Shown: positions 26,884 through 39,899 of the stretch, piece after piece
How the letters are laid out: each line of letters begins with the position of its first letter
Position numbering within the stretch: position 1 is the first letter of the stretch
Assembly: GCF_036321535.1 (NCBI RefSeq)
Contig: NC_087437.1
Span: 117,616,001-117,680,000 of the forward strand
Direction: 5' to 3'
Length of the DNA: 64,000 nt
Source: Camelus dromedarius
Taxonomy: Eukaryota
Notes under the pieces: model-generated
What the model saw: the letters and a program-made list of their open reading frames with translations, nothing else
Told to the model about the DNA's origin: nothing
Databases searched by the model: none
Program-made: the position numbers and the translations under genes

Positions 26884-27844
26884 GTACATAAATTTTCAAA
26901 CTTGCTCTATGTGTGCAATCGACTGCATATAGTTTTCATCCCAGTGTATGTGTTCGACAGTTTTCAGTGAAAGAGTATATTTGTTGAACTCTCTACAGAA
27001 TTTATAAAGAAGCTGAGTAAATCGTATCCAACTTCTGAAGGATGGGAAAACTTGGATATGCAGGACTCTGTAGAGAGCACAGAAGGGATGTCTCCCAAGG
27101 TCTGCCACATGGGTGTACTCTATGTTACAGTTCCCTGGACCACTAGGGTCCAAATGGACTGTTTCCTTTATCTACTCAGATGTTACTCAATATAATTTGG
27201 CTATTAAAAAAGGATATAACATTTGAGAAACAAGAACTTGTTTTTATTACTTTTATTAAATCTAGTAAATAAGAAATAAATGAGAACATGGAGCTACATG
27301 ACTTTAATGACCATTTCAGAATTTTAGATGTTCTTCCTTTAGGGAGATAATGGGGCTGCTGCTTTCAAAGTTGAAGTTATAAACGCTGTCACTTACACAT
27401 TTCTGGTAGACATCCTTTAAGAAGTGGTTTCATTTAGTGCCTCTGCCCTCTTCCTTTCCCCATCCTTCCCCTTCCTCTTTCTTCTCTAATATATGTTAAA
27501 ATAATTACCTTTAGGAACCAACCTGGTTCAGTGAAGCAGAAGACATGATCTAAAATTGAAAAGGAACTGCGTGGCTAAATGTTTAAACACAATTAAACAA
27601 ACGCATTGTACATGCCGTTGGGCTGAGAACTGATTTCAGTACCATGGACAGGAGTCCAACCCTAAGCCCCCGGGAGCGTTGCCTTATGCCCAGATATACA
27701 AATATAATAAAATGACCCTTTTCAGCCCAAATGTTGAAACAGTGCTTGGGATGACTGAGTGGGATGTTTGTTGGGACATTCCCCATTGACAGGTGTTACT
27801 CACAATACATTGTCTTAAATCAGTGGGTCAAAAGGAATAGCTAA

Positions 27845-28087
27845 TCACAACTGCTATCACTGATTGAGAACCTGTTATGTGCCAGACACTGGTTCTAAGC
27901 CTTTAAGATGCAGAACTCATTTCATACTCACAACATCCCTAAAAGGAGTTACCATTATTTCCCTTGCTTTACAGACAAGGAAATCGAGACTGGGAGGAAC
28001 TTGCCCAAGGTTACAAGCTTATCCATGGTACAGCCTAGATCGGAACCCAGTAATCTGCCTCCAGATCTCACACTCCTAACCACTAGG
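27845..28087 (-). mobile_element. Near full-length MIR
   Basis: tatgtgccagacactggttctaagc...ctcatttcatactcacaacatcccta...tttacagacaaggaaatcgagactg...acttgcccaaggttaca...cctaaccact. Confidence 0.8.
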
Positions 28088-29249
28088 TTTTAAGTTTCTG
28101 AGTGCACATGGGTCAATCCCTGTAAAAGTCTTTGGAATGACTGAAGAAATGACTGAATGGAACCTTTTAGAGCTGTTCCATTAAGTCTCAAAATTAACTG
28201 CTTAACAAAAAGACCAGGGTATGGTGTGCATTCAGGGTAGCAGACTGGTTTCCATCTGGACAATGAGGCAAGTTCTGATGAAGCACATTCTCCTGGATTC
28301 ATTATTTTTGGGCCAAAGCCTAGTTCATATTAACTTTGTGTGAAATGCTATCTTTTTTTTGGCCCTCTTTTGAAATATTGTGCTCAGCTCAAGTCAACAA
28401 TCTCTTGCCCCAGGTGTTAAAAACCCTGGGCTCTTCTTAGCCACAAAGAGAGCCTTAGAAGGAAGCCAAACTCAAATTTCGGGAAATGGTTTTAAAGGTT
28501 CCACGTGTTTTGTAAGACGTATAAATATCTCATCTTCTATCTTAGCCCTTACTGCTAGTCCAAATGTTAATCCTCATTAGGTTAGAAACGGGAAAGGATT
28601 TTGTCATCAAAGACAGTGCTACATTTGGATGCTTCCTAGCTGAGCCCAACCCTGCTAAAGAAACCAAATGACTTCCCTCTCCTGGGCATCAAAGCCCCAA
28701 CAGATTTACCTCTTCCCCAAGCCTGCCAATCCAGAAGAAGAGGTCTTTGCCGAATGCCTGCTCTAGCAGCGTTCTGCCAGTTCTTCATCTGGGAGGGGGC
28801 CTGGCAGGGAAGGTTAAACCCTGAACCAGCCACCACCAGCCATGCGTCTGGCGCCATGTCAGGTGACTCTCATGCTGGTTCCCAATTGCCTTCCCTTCGT
28901 CTGATGGTGGGTGCGCAGCTGCAAAGCAGACCCTCCAGGCTGGCTCATGTTCATTTGAGACTGTAGAAAAGCATTTTGCATTTCAAGAGGATTTAATCTT
29001 ACCCTTTCTCATTTACTTTTGGCCAAGATTTACTTGTACCATCCATCCAGAAATTCAGATATCATCCAATAAGCATCTCTCCAGAGATATCTTGATATGA
29101 TTGAGAGCGATCATAATCATATTCCTTAATAAGGTGAATAAGAAAGGAGGCATTAACATTTGCAATGATATCTGATCTTAATTGTTTATTGTTAAATATG
29201 TATTGAACGTCTAACACACGCGCTAAGGTAGGTGTATGGGTAGAAGAGT

Positions 29250-29660
29250 AAGAATTAGGCAGGGCTCCCTGAAAATAGAGCTTGAGATGTGAATTTAAAT
29301 GCAGATGATTTATTAAAGTGCTACCAGAAGAAAGCAGAGAGGGAGTGGAGAGGAAAGGCTGGAAAAGGGAAGAAGCAAGGATGTGATATCCGGCAAAGTC
29401 TCAGCTCCAGGTCAACCCCGCGGGGCGTTCTGGAGCATAAATGGCAGCTCAGCTCTGCTCCCTGTGGAGGCAAAGGAGCTCCGCACGTGTCACTCATCGG
29501 CCAAGCGCTCTCCAGGGAGACGTGAACTCCCAGGCACTTGGACTCTCTGTGCTGGCAGGACAGGCACTCCCGGCAGCTCGAGAGCAGCCCAAGGGAAGTT
29601 CCAGGCGCTGCCGCTGGGAGGAAAGCACAGAGAATCCGGGGGACGAGCACACGGAGGCGC
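29250..29660 (-). mobile_element. ERVL LTR16/LTR33-like fragment
   Basis: ttaggcagggctccctgaaaatagagcttgagatg...tgcagatgatttattaaag followed by a purine-rich block, as in antisense LTR16/33. Confidence 0.5.
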
Positions 29661-31239
29661 CAGAAGGGATCTGCGGGACGGGGTGGCACACCGCCAGGGG
29701 ACCCCAGCCCAACCCTTGCTCTCTTTAGCTCTGCTCACTCCTCACAGTCTTGTATTGAGTTCACCCCATCCTGTCCCGGCTTCTTCAAGTCTGTGGCTGA
29801 TTTCAGTTTCTGTGGAAAACCCTGCAAGAGGAGAAAGTAAGTGGGGCAAACTGTAGCTCCTTCTGCTGCACGTGGTCCCAGGGCAGGGTCTGGCCGTCAG
29901 CGCCTCTCCTCTGGCACCCATCCAAGGGCCCCTGCTCCTGCGGCGAGCGCTCCTGTGGTCTGGGTTGCCTGCTGGGCAAGGTCACCGAGACCTGCATCCC
30001 TGAGTGGACGGAGCCCTTGGTTAGTATCTCATTTAAGGCCCACGTGCTGTTAACAATGGACGTGGGGCACCAGGAGATATCCACCCCGGTAAACCTCGTG
30101 AGTGCCAGACACGTTCCCCCTGCCCCTGTGGTGGAGAAACCCTGCCTTCTCAGGATGATGAGGGTCAGTTACTCTCGCCAGCGTGGTCACACCTTTTTGC
30201 CTGCTGACCTGCTGACCTGCTGTGAGAATCTAGAATGGCTGGGCAGTGGCTGTTGCTTTAAGTTCAGTGTGACTTTTACTGTGTCTCTCGATGGAGACAT
30301 CTCACCTCTGGTACCTGGGGCTTCTGGACCCACTCAACCTGAAGTCGTGGGGATGAAATCACACATTTGCTTGTGAGTCACTGGGAGTGACGGTGCGTGA
30401 GGTCACTCCTGCTTCCACACTTCTGTTTCTGGATCCGTGCATTTTACCAGTGAGGACTTAGCACCGTGTAACAGCTGTTGGCTTGAGATACATGCTGCTT
30501 CCCCAAGCACAGGACCCCAGCCGTGTGGGGTGTCACCTGCAACGTGGCATCTTGGCTGCATCTTTAAGATGCTATTACCACGCTCTCTGGTAGCCTCTGG
30601 ATGTAGCAGGACCAGTAGGTCCCATCGGCATGTGCCCAAAGCCATAATTTGTCAGCTGTAAGTGCGTCCCTTGGTTCCAGACACCATTTTGTTATGTGGG
30701 ACCCCGTGGAGGTACATTCGTCATTCTACAATCTCTAAAGATGTCACACGAGCCTTGGCACTGGGGCAGGGAAGGCAGGGTGTTGTATGTTAATCCCAAT
30801 CACAGTCGCTACTTTTTCCAGACCAGGGAAGAGGAAGGCAGATGTCAAACAGCAAAGATGTCACTTCCAGCGAAGTTCCAGGCTCAGAATTCTCTCTCAG
30901 GGAGAACTGGAGAGCAAGGTACAGCCCAGCAGAATGGTCGTTCTGCTCTTAAGCAAAGGGGCTTGGGTTCCCCACGCCTGCACCAGGCTGCGGCTGGCCA
31001 AGGCCCCTTCACCAGGGTACATAAACTCCCAGTCACCTCCTGCTCTATTCGTTTGTGGGCAAAGTAGCCTCGGCAATCAAAGGGAATTCTCCCCAAAAGA
31101 ATCACAAGTGTGGACACTTGAAGCAAGGGGATAGGAACGGAGGGTCTGAGGAAAAGGGGTCCGGGGAGATCTGGGCGAAGTGGAGCGTCTGTATCACGGG
31201 CCTGGTCCCTGGGTTCATGCAGGTCCCAGCCTTAGGGGA

Positions 31240-31385
31240 GTGGCAGCTTCTTTTCCATCACAGGTTACGACAAGCTCCTGGATCTAGTTCCCTGTGCTGC
31301 ACGGTAGGTCCTTGTTGTTCGTCTGTTTTATATTCCCTAGTGCATATCTGCTAATCTCAGACCCTTAATTTATCCCTCCCCCCGG
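31240..31385 (-). mobile_element. Short L1 3'-UTR fragment
   Basis: ttttccatcacaggttacgacaag...tagttccctgtgctgcacggtaggtccttgttg...taatttatccctccc. Confidence 0.75.
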
Positions 31386-32404
31386 AAACCCCAAACTGTT
31401 AAAGGGGGTTGATGGCAACCCTACCTGCCAAATTGTGTGCCTCAGAAGGAGACACTGCTTTTATTATCCTGGTCAGCAAACAAGTCTGCTTTTTGCCCAC
31501 CAAGAAACACCTCAGTCTTCCAAGATGATTTGTTATATAAAATCCTTGAAGAGATAGGACAGAACGGAACCCACTCCTGCCCCTGCTCAGGAGACACACA
31601 GATGCCAGGGCCTCGTGGAGGACTGTTACTTCCCGCTCTCAAGCTGGATGACACTTGAGAGACCCAAGTGACGCTGAGGTGCACCGAGTCCCAGTCCCGG
31701 CCAGCTGGGGGCGAGGGGCTCAGCCAGGGTCCTGTCCCCCGATACCACTAACCGTGCTAGCCTGGGTTTGTCAGGCTCAGAAAGCCCTTCACCACTCAGG
31801 ACTCCACCATCACAAGCCTCCTTCTCAACCAGGCGGTCGTACAGAGCAAACGCACACAGTTCTTGTGGGTCCCAGACTCCTTGACTGAAGCCCCGGGCAG
31901 GCATTCCGGTAGCTTGGTTTCTGCGAGCTGAAGAAAAGCTTCACTCCAGCCTCATTCCTCCACTCTGTTGTTTGACAGGTCACTTTGGGCCAATGGGTGG
32001 AAAAGTAATGTGGGGCTTGGGACCCTTGGATATTAAATTGCTGACAGTCTTCCCAAGTGACCTTCAGAGAGCCGATGTCACCGTCTGAGACACATCCTTC
32101 GGACAGAGATGGCTTTGGGACGTGGTCGTGTGTTAGTTCCCTTTAAACCTTCGCAGAGCAGGTGACTGTAACGAGCTTGCCCTCGGAGCGCCGATCCTGC
32201 TTCAGGCCCTGGAGGCGGCCCGCCCTGCCCAGCGCTGACGGAAACAGAGGCAGGTCCCACTGCTCCAGCGGAAGGCCTCTGCCATTTCTTTAAACTCTCA
32301 TGAAGATGTTGGCACATGACGAATCCAAGCCCCAAGTCCGAGGGGCCTTAACTGAGTGATGACTGATTGCTTATTTTAAAGGCCACATATGTGAGTGTGT
32401 TTTC

Positions 32405-34761
32405 TTTTTTTAAATATAGATATATTATTGAAGTATGGTCAGTTTACAATGTGGTATCAGTTTCCGGTGTACAGCACAATGTTTCAGTCATAGATGTACA
32501 GACATATATTTGTTTTCATGTTATTTTTCCCCATGAGTTACTACAAGATACTGAGTATAGTTCCCTGTGCTGTACAGTATAAACTTGCTGTTTATATATT
32601 TTATATATAGTAGTTAGTATCTGCAAATCTCGAACTCCCAATTTATCCCTTCCCACCCCCTTCCCCAGCTGGTAACCGTAAGTTTGTTTTCTATGTCAGT
32701 GAGTCTGTTTCTGTTTTGCAAATGAGTTCATTTGTCTTTTTTCTTTTTAAGATTCCATATAACTGTTATCATATGGTGTTTTTCTTTCTCTTTCTGGCTG
32801 ACTTCACTTAGAACGACAATCTCCAGGTCCACCCATGTTGCTGCAAATAGCATTATTTTATTACTTTTTATGGCTGAGTAGTATTGTATTGTATAAATAT
32901 ACTATGACGTCTTCATCCAGTCATCTGCTGATGGGCTTTTAGGCTGTTTCCATGTCTTGGCTGTTGTAAATAGTGCTGCTGTGAGCACTGGGGTGCAGGT
33001 GTCTTTCTGAATTAAGGTTCCCTCTGGATATCTGCCCAGGAGTGGGATTGCTGGATCATATGGTAAGTCTATTTTTAGTCTTCTGAGGAATCTCCATATG
33101 GTTTTCCACGTGGCTGCACCAAACTGCATTCCCACCAGCAGTGTAGGAGGGTTCCCTTTTCTCCATACTCTCTCCAGCATTTATCGTTTGTGGACTTTTG
33201 AATGACGGCCATTCTGACGGGTGTGAGGTGATCCCTTACTGTAGTTTTGATTTGCATTTCTCTCACAATTAGCGATGTTGAGCATTTTTTCATGTGTCTA
33301 TTGGCCATTTGTACGTCTTCTTTGGAGAATTGCTTGTTTAGGTCTTCTGCTCATTTTTGGATTGGGTTATTTGTTTTTTTTTGTTAGTAAGTTGTATGAG
33401 CTATTTATATATATTCTGGAAATCAAGCCCTTGTCAGTCTCATCTTTTGCAAACGTTATCTCCCATTCCGTAGGTTGTCTTTTTGTTTTGCTCTGCAAAA
33501 GCTTGTAAGTTTAACTAGGTCCCATTTGTTTATTTTTGCTTTTGTTTCTATTGCCTGGGTAGACTGCCTTAGGAGAACATTGCTAAGACTTATGTCAGAT
33601 AATGTTTTCCCTATGTTTTCTTCTAAGAGGTTTATAGTGTCTTGTCTTATATTTGAGTCTTCAAGCCATTTCAAGTTTATTTCAAGTTTATGGTGTGAGG
33701 GAGTGTTCTGACTTCATTGACATATATGCAGCTGTCCAGTTATCCCAACACCATTTGCTGAAGAGATGGGCTTTACTCCATTGTATGTCCTTGCCTCCTT
33801 TGTCAAAGATGTTCAATTGATCAGGTGTTTGTGGGTTTATTTTGGGGCTCTCTATTCTGTTCCATTGACCCATATGTCTGTTTTTATACTAATGCCATGT
33901 TGTTTTGATTACTGAAGCTCTGTAGTATTGTCTGAAGTGTGGGAGCATTACTCCTCCAGCTTCATTCTTTTTCTTCAGTATTGCTTTGGCAATTCTCGGT
34001 CTTTTGTGATTCCATATAAATTTTAGGATTATTTGTTCTAATTCTGTGAAAAATGTCCTGGGTAATTCGATACAGATCACATTAAATCTGTAGGTTGCTT
34101 TAGGCAGTATGGCCATTTTAATAATATTCTTCCAATCCAAGAACATGCAACATCTTTCCATTTTAAGTCATCTTTAATTTCCTTAGTCAGTGTTTTGTAG
34201 TTCTCCACATGTAAGTCTTTTACTTCCTTGGTCAGATTTATTCTTAAGTATTTTATTTTTTTGGATGCATTTTTAAAAGGGATTGTTTCCTTGCTCTCCT
34301 TTTTTGATATTTCATTGTTACTGTAAAGAAATGCAACTGATTTCTGTATGTTAATCTTGTATCCTGCTACCTTGCTGAATTCTTTTATCAGCTCTAGTAG
34401 GTTTTGGAGCCTTTAGGGTTTTCTGTATACAGTATTATGTCATCTGTGTATAATGACAGTTTTACCGCTTCTTTTCCAATTCTTTTTCTTGTCTAATTGC
34501 TATGGCTAGGACTTCCAATACTACGTTGAATAGAAGTGGTAGTGGTGAGAGTGGGCATCCTTGTCTTGTTCCAGATTTTAGTGGGAAAGCTTTCAACTTT
34601 TCACATTGAGTATTATGCTGGCTTAGGTTTTCCATAAATAGCTTTTATTACATTGAGATGTGTTCCCTCTATACCCACTTTGGTAAGAGCTTTTTTTTTT
34701 TTTTAATCATAAATGGGTGTTCAATTCTATCAAATGCTTTTTCTGCATCTATTGAGATGAC
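32405..34761 (-). mobile_element. 5'-truncated L1 (~2.35 kb): degraded ORF2 3' part plus 3' UTR
   Basis: ORF fragments are L1 ORF2-like ([15 protein letters not shown]..., QWNRIESP..., [17 protein letters not shown]..., DLPYDPAIPLLG) but broken by frameshifts and stops. T-rich tail at ~32405; candidate TSD AGTGTGT(T/C)TTC at 32394-32404 and 34762-34772. Confidence 0.95.
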
Positions 34762-35508
34762 AGTGTGTCTTCAGTGTCTAAAGATATTATCAAGATTCTC
34801 TGTAGCAAAGACAGAAAGAACAATGGGATTAGAGCTTATCTGGGTGAGCCTGGGACCAGCTTTACAGCCTCTCACTCTTCTGTATTTTCCCGCCTCCATT
34901 CTCCATCTCCTTCTCTTTTGGGTGATGTGGCAGATGTGGGGACAAAGCAGGAGGCAGGCAGATGTGGGCGTTGAATGGAAGCATCATTGTACATTCCTGT
35001 GGCTGTACCAGTGCCGAGTGCTGTAGCCTGGCTGGAGGGTAACAGAAGACCTCACTCACTTCAGGAAGAAGGATGTTTTTCAGACTGCCAGCCAGATGGA
35101 TGCCTCAGAGACCCAGTCCATTGACCCAATAGCTATTGTCCATTGACCCTAGAGATTTTGGCCAGAAGATAAAGAATTTATCTGGCTTTCACCACTCTAA
35201 GATACAGCAATATGGTTGCAGACTCAGACTAATAAGGTGACCTCTGAAAGGCATTATAAGTCAGATTAGAGATGGCAGAAGTCCAGAGGAGAAGTATTAC
35301 TGCTCTCAGTAATGGTCTTTTAAGTACTCTGCGGCCCTTTACTCTGCACACCTGGATCTCTTTGTGGATGTGTATAACAGGCCCCTTCCTGAGTGGTAGG
35401 GTGGACTTCTGGATACAGTGCTTACGTGTCAAACTCATTTAAAAGAGCATTTTCAAGGCAGTATTATTGAAAACAATCCATTCCAGAGGCATACATGAGG
35501 TGGAATTT

Positions 35509-35514
35509 TTTATT
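35509..35514 (-). terminator. Distal poly(A) signal AATAAA of DSCAM
   Basis: Plus-strand tttatt ~2.0 kb after the stop, preceded on the sense strand by a U-rich block and a second AATAAA at 35603-35608. Confidence 0.6.
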
Positions 35515-36472
35515 TTTGCACAGCTTGAGATAGAAATTGAAATAAAAGGTAAACGTCTGAGTTTGGAGAATATAGAAGTTTTAAACTGATGAAAGACAGC
35601 GCTTTATTCCCCCCTGCCGAAAGTAGCATTTTACTTCTTTGCATTAAAAAAGCCCGTGAGAGTCGGTGGGGATGCAGAGAATAAGCTGTCAACATGAATT
35701 CTGAAGCCATGGCAAGAAAAAGACCAGTTCACATCCACGGAGTCATCTAATGTCAGTGCCAGCCGGTGGTCCTGACACGGTCCTGGACCTGCTGTGCAGA
35801 CATGCTCGGTGTCACTGCATCCATGGAGGCAAATGGGCTTGCCTGGAAAAGAAATGGAAGGAAGAAATGATGGAAAAGGGGGATGGAAGGAGAGGAGGAC
35901 AGAAGGAGAGAGGGAGGACAGGAAAAAAGTTTCCAACATGTCCCATGTGGCAGTAACTGGCCCCAGCCCATGCTGAGGGCTTAGAGGGGAGCCTGCAGAT
36001 GTGAAGGGAGAGGAGGTGTTTGTGCAGTCTGCTACCTGGGCGACTCGGTCAAGGTTTCCAGTCAATGCCAAAGCCCTGACAAGAGACCTGAGAGAGTCCG
36101 GCCTGGGAGTGGGGGCCATGTGAGGATTATGTGCTCTTTCTAAAGCACCCCATGGGAGGGTCATGGGAAGAAGGGCGCAGTTCATACAATTTAAGAGTAA
36201 GTCCCCTGTTAGGATGAGCCATGTGGTGAATAATTTAAACAGAGGAAAGAGGAGAAAGTTAGGTCTCAGAGGAGCATCACTCACTCTGGACTCGCTGCGG
36301 ACTCGCCTTCTCTGGGTGCAGAGGAGTGGGGCGGAGGTGACATCCACCAGGAAGGGCTGTTGCTCATTTAGACCCCAGTCCCTGTGGTGGCAGGACAGGT
36401 CCCTGAGGGCAGGGCGCTTGAACTTCTCTTGGGCCAGTCTTCTTTCCTCCAGCTGCGGGAGGGACTCTAGAG

Positions 36473-36690
36473 TAGGGGTCTGCCGACTTTTTCTATAAAA
36501 GGTCAGAGGCTAAATAGTTCCAGCTTTGAAGGCCAGACCATCTCCACTGTAACTGCTCAACGCCGCCATCATGGCACGAAACGGCCACAGACAGAATGCC
36601 AGTGGTGCGTATGACTGTTCTAATAAAACTGCATTTATATCAACAATGGTGGGCTGGATTGTCCCACAGGCCCTAGCCTGCCAACCCCTG
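36473..36690 (+). mobile_element. MER58A-like hAT-Charlie MITE inside the extended DSCAM 3' UTR
   Basis: Termini taggggtctgccgac...tgccaacccctg (TIR-like) and internal tgttctaataaaact...ggtgggctggatt. Confidence 0.8.
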
Positions 36691-36958
36691 GTCGAGCCAG
36701 AAGGCCAGGCGTCACTGGAGACAAGGGCAGCACGTGGGGGCGGGGTTAGGATACACGCCAGCCCCTCGTTAAGACTGGGACCCAGCGCACCTTCTGGGCC
36801 CCTCCCCGCCATCCCGGGCCGCTCGGGGTCTCGGTACCCTCTCTGCTCTGGGTTCAGCCCTGCTGTTTGCAGACACAGCATCCCTGGGAAGGGGACCCAG
36901 TGATCAGCAGGAGACGAGAGAAGCAGACATGGAAATAAAGGCCGACCACCTTTTCTTC

Positions 36959-36964
36959 TTTATT
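36959..36964 (-). terminator. Proximal poly(A) signal AATAAA of DSCAM
   Basis: Plus-strand tttatt. On the minus strand it is followed ~20 nt later by a U/GU-rich tract (tttatttccatgtctgcttctctc). Confidence 0.75.
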
Positions 36965-37546
36965 TCGCTTAGACAAAATGCAAAGAGTATCTCATTAAAT
37001 TAAAAAATAAACCAAAAAGAAAACCAAATTGACCCCCCCACCCCTTCACTGACGCCACTCATCCTAAGTAACAACAGAAGAAGGTCAAACTGAGGACCCC
37101 GCTTCTAACGGGAAAGACAGGTGTGCAAACGAGACTAAAGCTGCCCCGCCCCCAAATCAATGTCCCCTGTAAATTCACAAAGCGGGTAAATTTTTTTTCC
37201 TGTTTTCTCTCTTGAATCTTGTGTGATAGAACCTCCAGTCAGAAGGTTTAATGAGTCCCCCATGCACTTTGTAGAAAATCAGTAAAAATGCAATAGCCTG
37301 TGAAGATCATAAAACTGGACTCTTTCCCAAAAAATCAGATGCCCAGGCGGATGGAGCTCACACTCAGACAGAAAAAAAGCAGGAGAGTCTTTGCACTGTC
37401 TGTGGTTTTTCAGTATTTTCTCTTTTTTTTTTAATATATTTTGGCAATTTTCTTTCATTATAAATATTGGAATTCCGTAAAAAAAAGGTAGCTTTGATTG
37501 AATTCTTTAAATCGTATGTACAACCGCTGTCCAGCCATGCTGTCTG

Positions 37547-38038
<492 letters not shown>

Positions 38039-38689
38039 TCAGAGCTCCTGCCCGCCATCGTCCTCATGGCTCTCCCACTGGACACAGGAAGAGCTGGCTT
38101 TTCTATGGCACATTCAGTTAAGCTCTTAAACGTCAGAGTTTAACCAGAGCAAGAGAGGTCACAAGAGCCTTTGAAACCCCACCAGGGGAAGAAAAACATA
38201 CATCAAAGGCAACAGCGCACACTGGCTATAAACTGCTAGACCAAACCCTGCGTGTGGCGGCAGGTGCTCGGCAGAGCGCGGGGCTCAGGGAGGGGGGCAC
38301 GGATGCCGAGGAACAGAGGGTGGAGGGCCGGCTCGAGCCTCAGCACTTCCACGGGCCATGCAGCCTGGACCGCCACTTAGTCACGGTTTCCACGACTGCT
38401 TTTGGTGGAATCGGAGAGCACGTGGCCTCCTTCCTGGGCTTTCCCTGCCTGCTAAATGGCTCGTACCTCTTCTGTTTCAGTTAGTGCCGTGTACAGAGAG
38501 ACAAGAACAGCTTAGACCTAAGTATTAGGGTTTCTGCTTCCTTCTCAGGACCACTCACTTCGGCATCCATGGTCCCAGGCAAAGGCACCCTCTTCAGGAG
38601 AACTCACTGTGGGGTGAGAGGCTGGCGAGCAGACTCCAGCTGTGGCCCCGGACGCCGAGGCTATCTGTCCTCGGGGCTGCTCCCTGCAC

Positions 38690-39672
38690 TACCTGACATG
38701 ACAGGGTCTCCTGATGCCCGTCCCCCATCCGGTGCAGGATTTCTCCATGAGGGATTTGCTCAGGGCATCTCCATCATCCCAGCCGCAGGCTGCAGCCTCC
38801 TCAGCAGGGTCTTGCCGCTGAGGGTCCCCCTGCCCACTCCTTCCCTCCCTTTCTCCTCTCGCAGGTGTCACACTTGTGTCATGGTCTGTGGGCCCTCCTT
38901 GCCTGCTCCTGCTGTAACTAAGCTGAACCCTGTGGGGCCTTCCTGGGACAGACTGCCCCCCTCCCCACTGTGTCCTCTGCCTGCCTCTTGTTTATAGAAA
39001 AACTTCAGCCTTCTAGGCCTTCCCTGAGTTCCAAAGGACAGATTTAATCAGAAAAATAAGAAAATGCAGAAAGGAAGGAAAATAGGCAAGCAAGACAAAA
39101 TAAGAATAGTTTAGTCATTAAACAAAAGTGAAGGGCCTTTAGCTTCTCCTCAAGGATATAGATAATATTCTGGGCCATATCCTTTGAGCTGTTTTCCAGA
39201 TACTAAAACCCACACCAGGTGGAAGTTAACTGTATGCTGCCCACCAGCATGTAGACTCCAGACCAGGTGGAAACAGAATGTTGATGCTGCTGACTCCCAA
39301 GTACCTCACCAGCAGCCGATCAGAAGACTGTCCACCAGCTGATCACAGACCCCAGACCCTCTCCTCAGCACAGAGCCCCTTCCTCTTTTCCCTACAGAAT
39401 CTCCCAGCAAAAGCTGGAGAAGGGGGAGCTGGTTCTTTGGGACATGAGTCCACCTTCTTCCCAGGACTGTCAGCTTCCTCAGTAAAGCTGTCTTTCCTTT
39501 AACCTAATACTTGTCTCTCAGTGTGGGATTCTTGAACAAAAAGCAGCAGAACCTGAGTTCAGTAACACTGCTACCTCTTTCTTTATTCTGCACAAGAATC
39601 TGCCCCCACCCCCAATCCCCTGCAGAGCTGATCTGTCTTGGCATCTGCTTCTTGGAAAATCAACTGGCACAG
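38690..39672 (+). mobile_element. Old LTR16-like ERVL LTR split by a younger LTR insertion
   Basis: The 3' block ...tcttggcatctgcttcttggaaaatcaactggcaca resembles an LTR16 end; its halves flank 38913-39567. Confidence 0.45.
38913..39567 (+). mobile_element. ERV1-class solo LTR (655 bp) with 4-bp TSD, related to 12445-13061
   Basis: TGTAAC...GTAACA termini and CTGC duplicated at 38909-38912 and 39568-39571. Shares long blocks with the LTR at 12445 (tttaatcaga..aataagaaaatg; ccaggtgg..gaagttaact; cctcacca.cagcc.atcagaa). Confidence 0.88.
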
Positions 39673-39899
39673 CTGCCATCACCATCAACTACTGAAACTG
39701 TTCTTTTGAAGTTCAACTATGACTTCTTTTTTAATGATTACATCACCTTTACTTACACTCATAACACTTTCTATGCTATATTCACTAATTTATATCTATA
39801 ATTAGGGCTTGTTAATAAAGTATCATGCCATCAGAAAGCACAGGGCACAATGTTTGCAAAGGTAAAATAGCGTAATTCTGTCCTGATTCAACTATGACC

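Larger units (their letters stand above)
35490..37546 (-). other. DSCAM: DSCAM 3' UTR (proximal end ~36940, distal end ~35490)
   Basis: A/U-rich sequence follows the stop codon. AATAAA occurs on the minus strand at 36959-36964, 35603-35608 and 35509-35514. The cleavage sites are inferred. Confidence 0.7.

Noticed and set aside
32902..34161. ORFs with reverse-transcriptase/ORF2-like peptides
   Set aside because: They are frameshifted fragments of a dead 5'-truncated L1, not a gene.
1..35400. PCP4 or another coding gene downstream of DSCAM
   Set aside because: I found no PCP4 IQ-motif exon (…AAVAIQSQFRKFQKKK…) or other recognisable protein in the ORF track; the neighbour probably lies outside the window.
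35631..36347. 238-aa minus-strand ORF, the longest in the track
   Set aside because: It lies within the extended DSCAM 3' UTR, has low-complexity composition and no recognisable domain; chance ORF.
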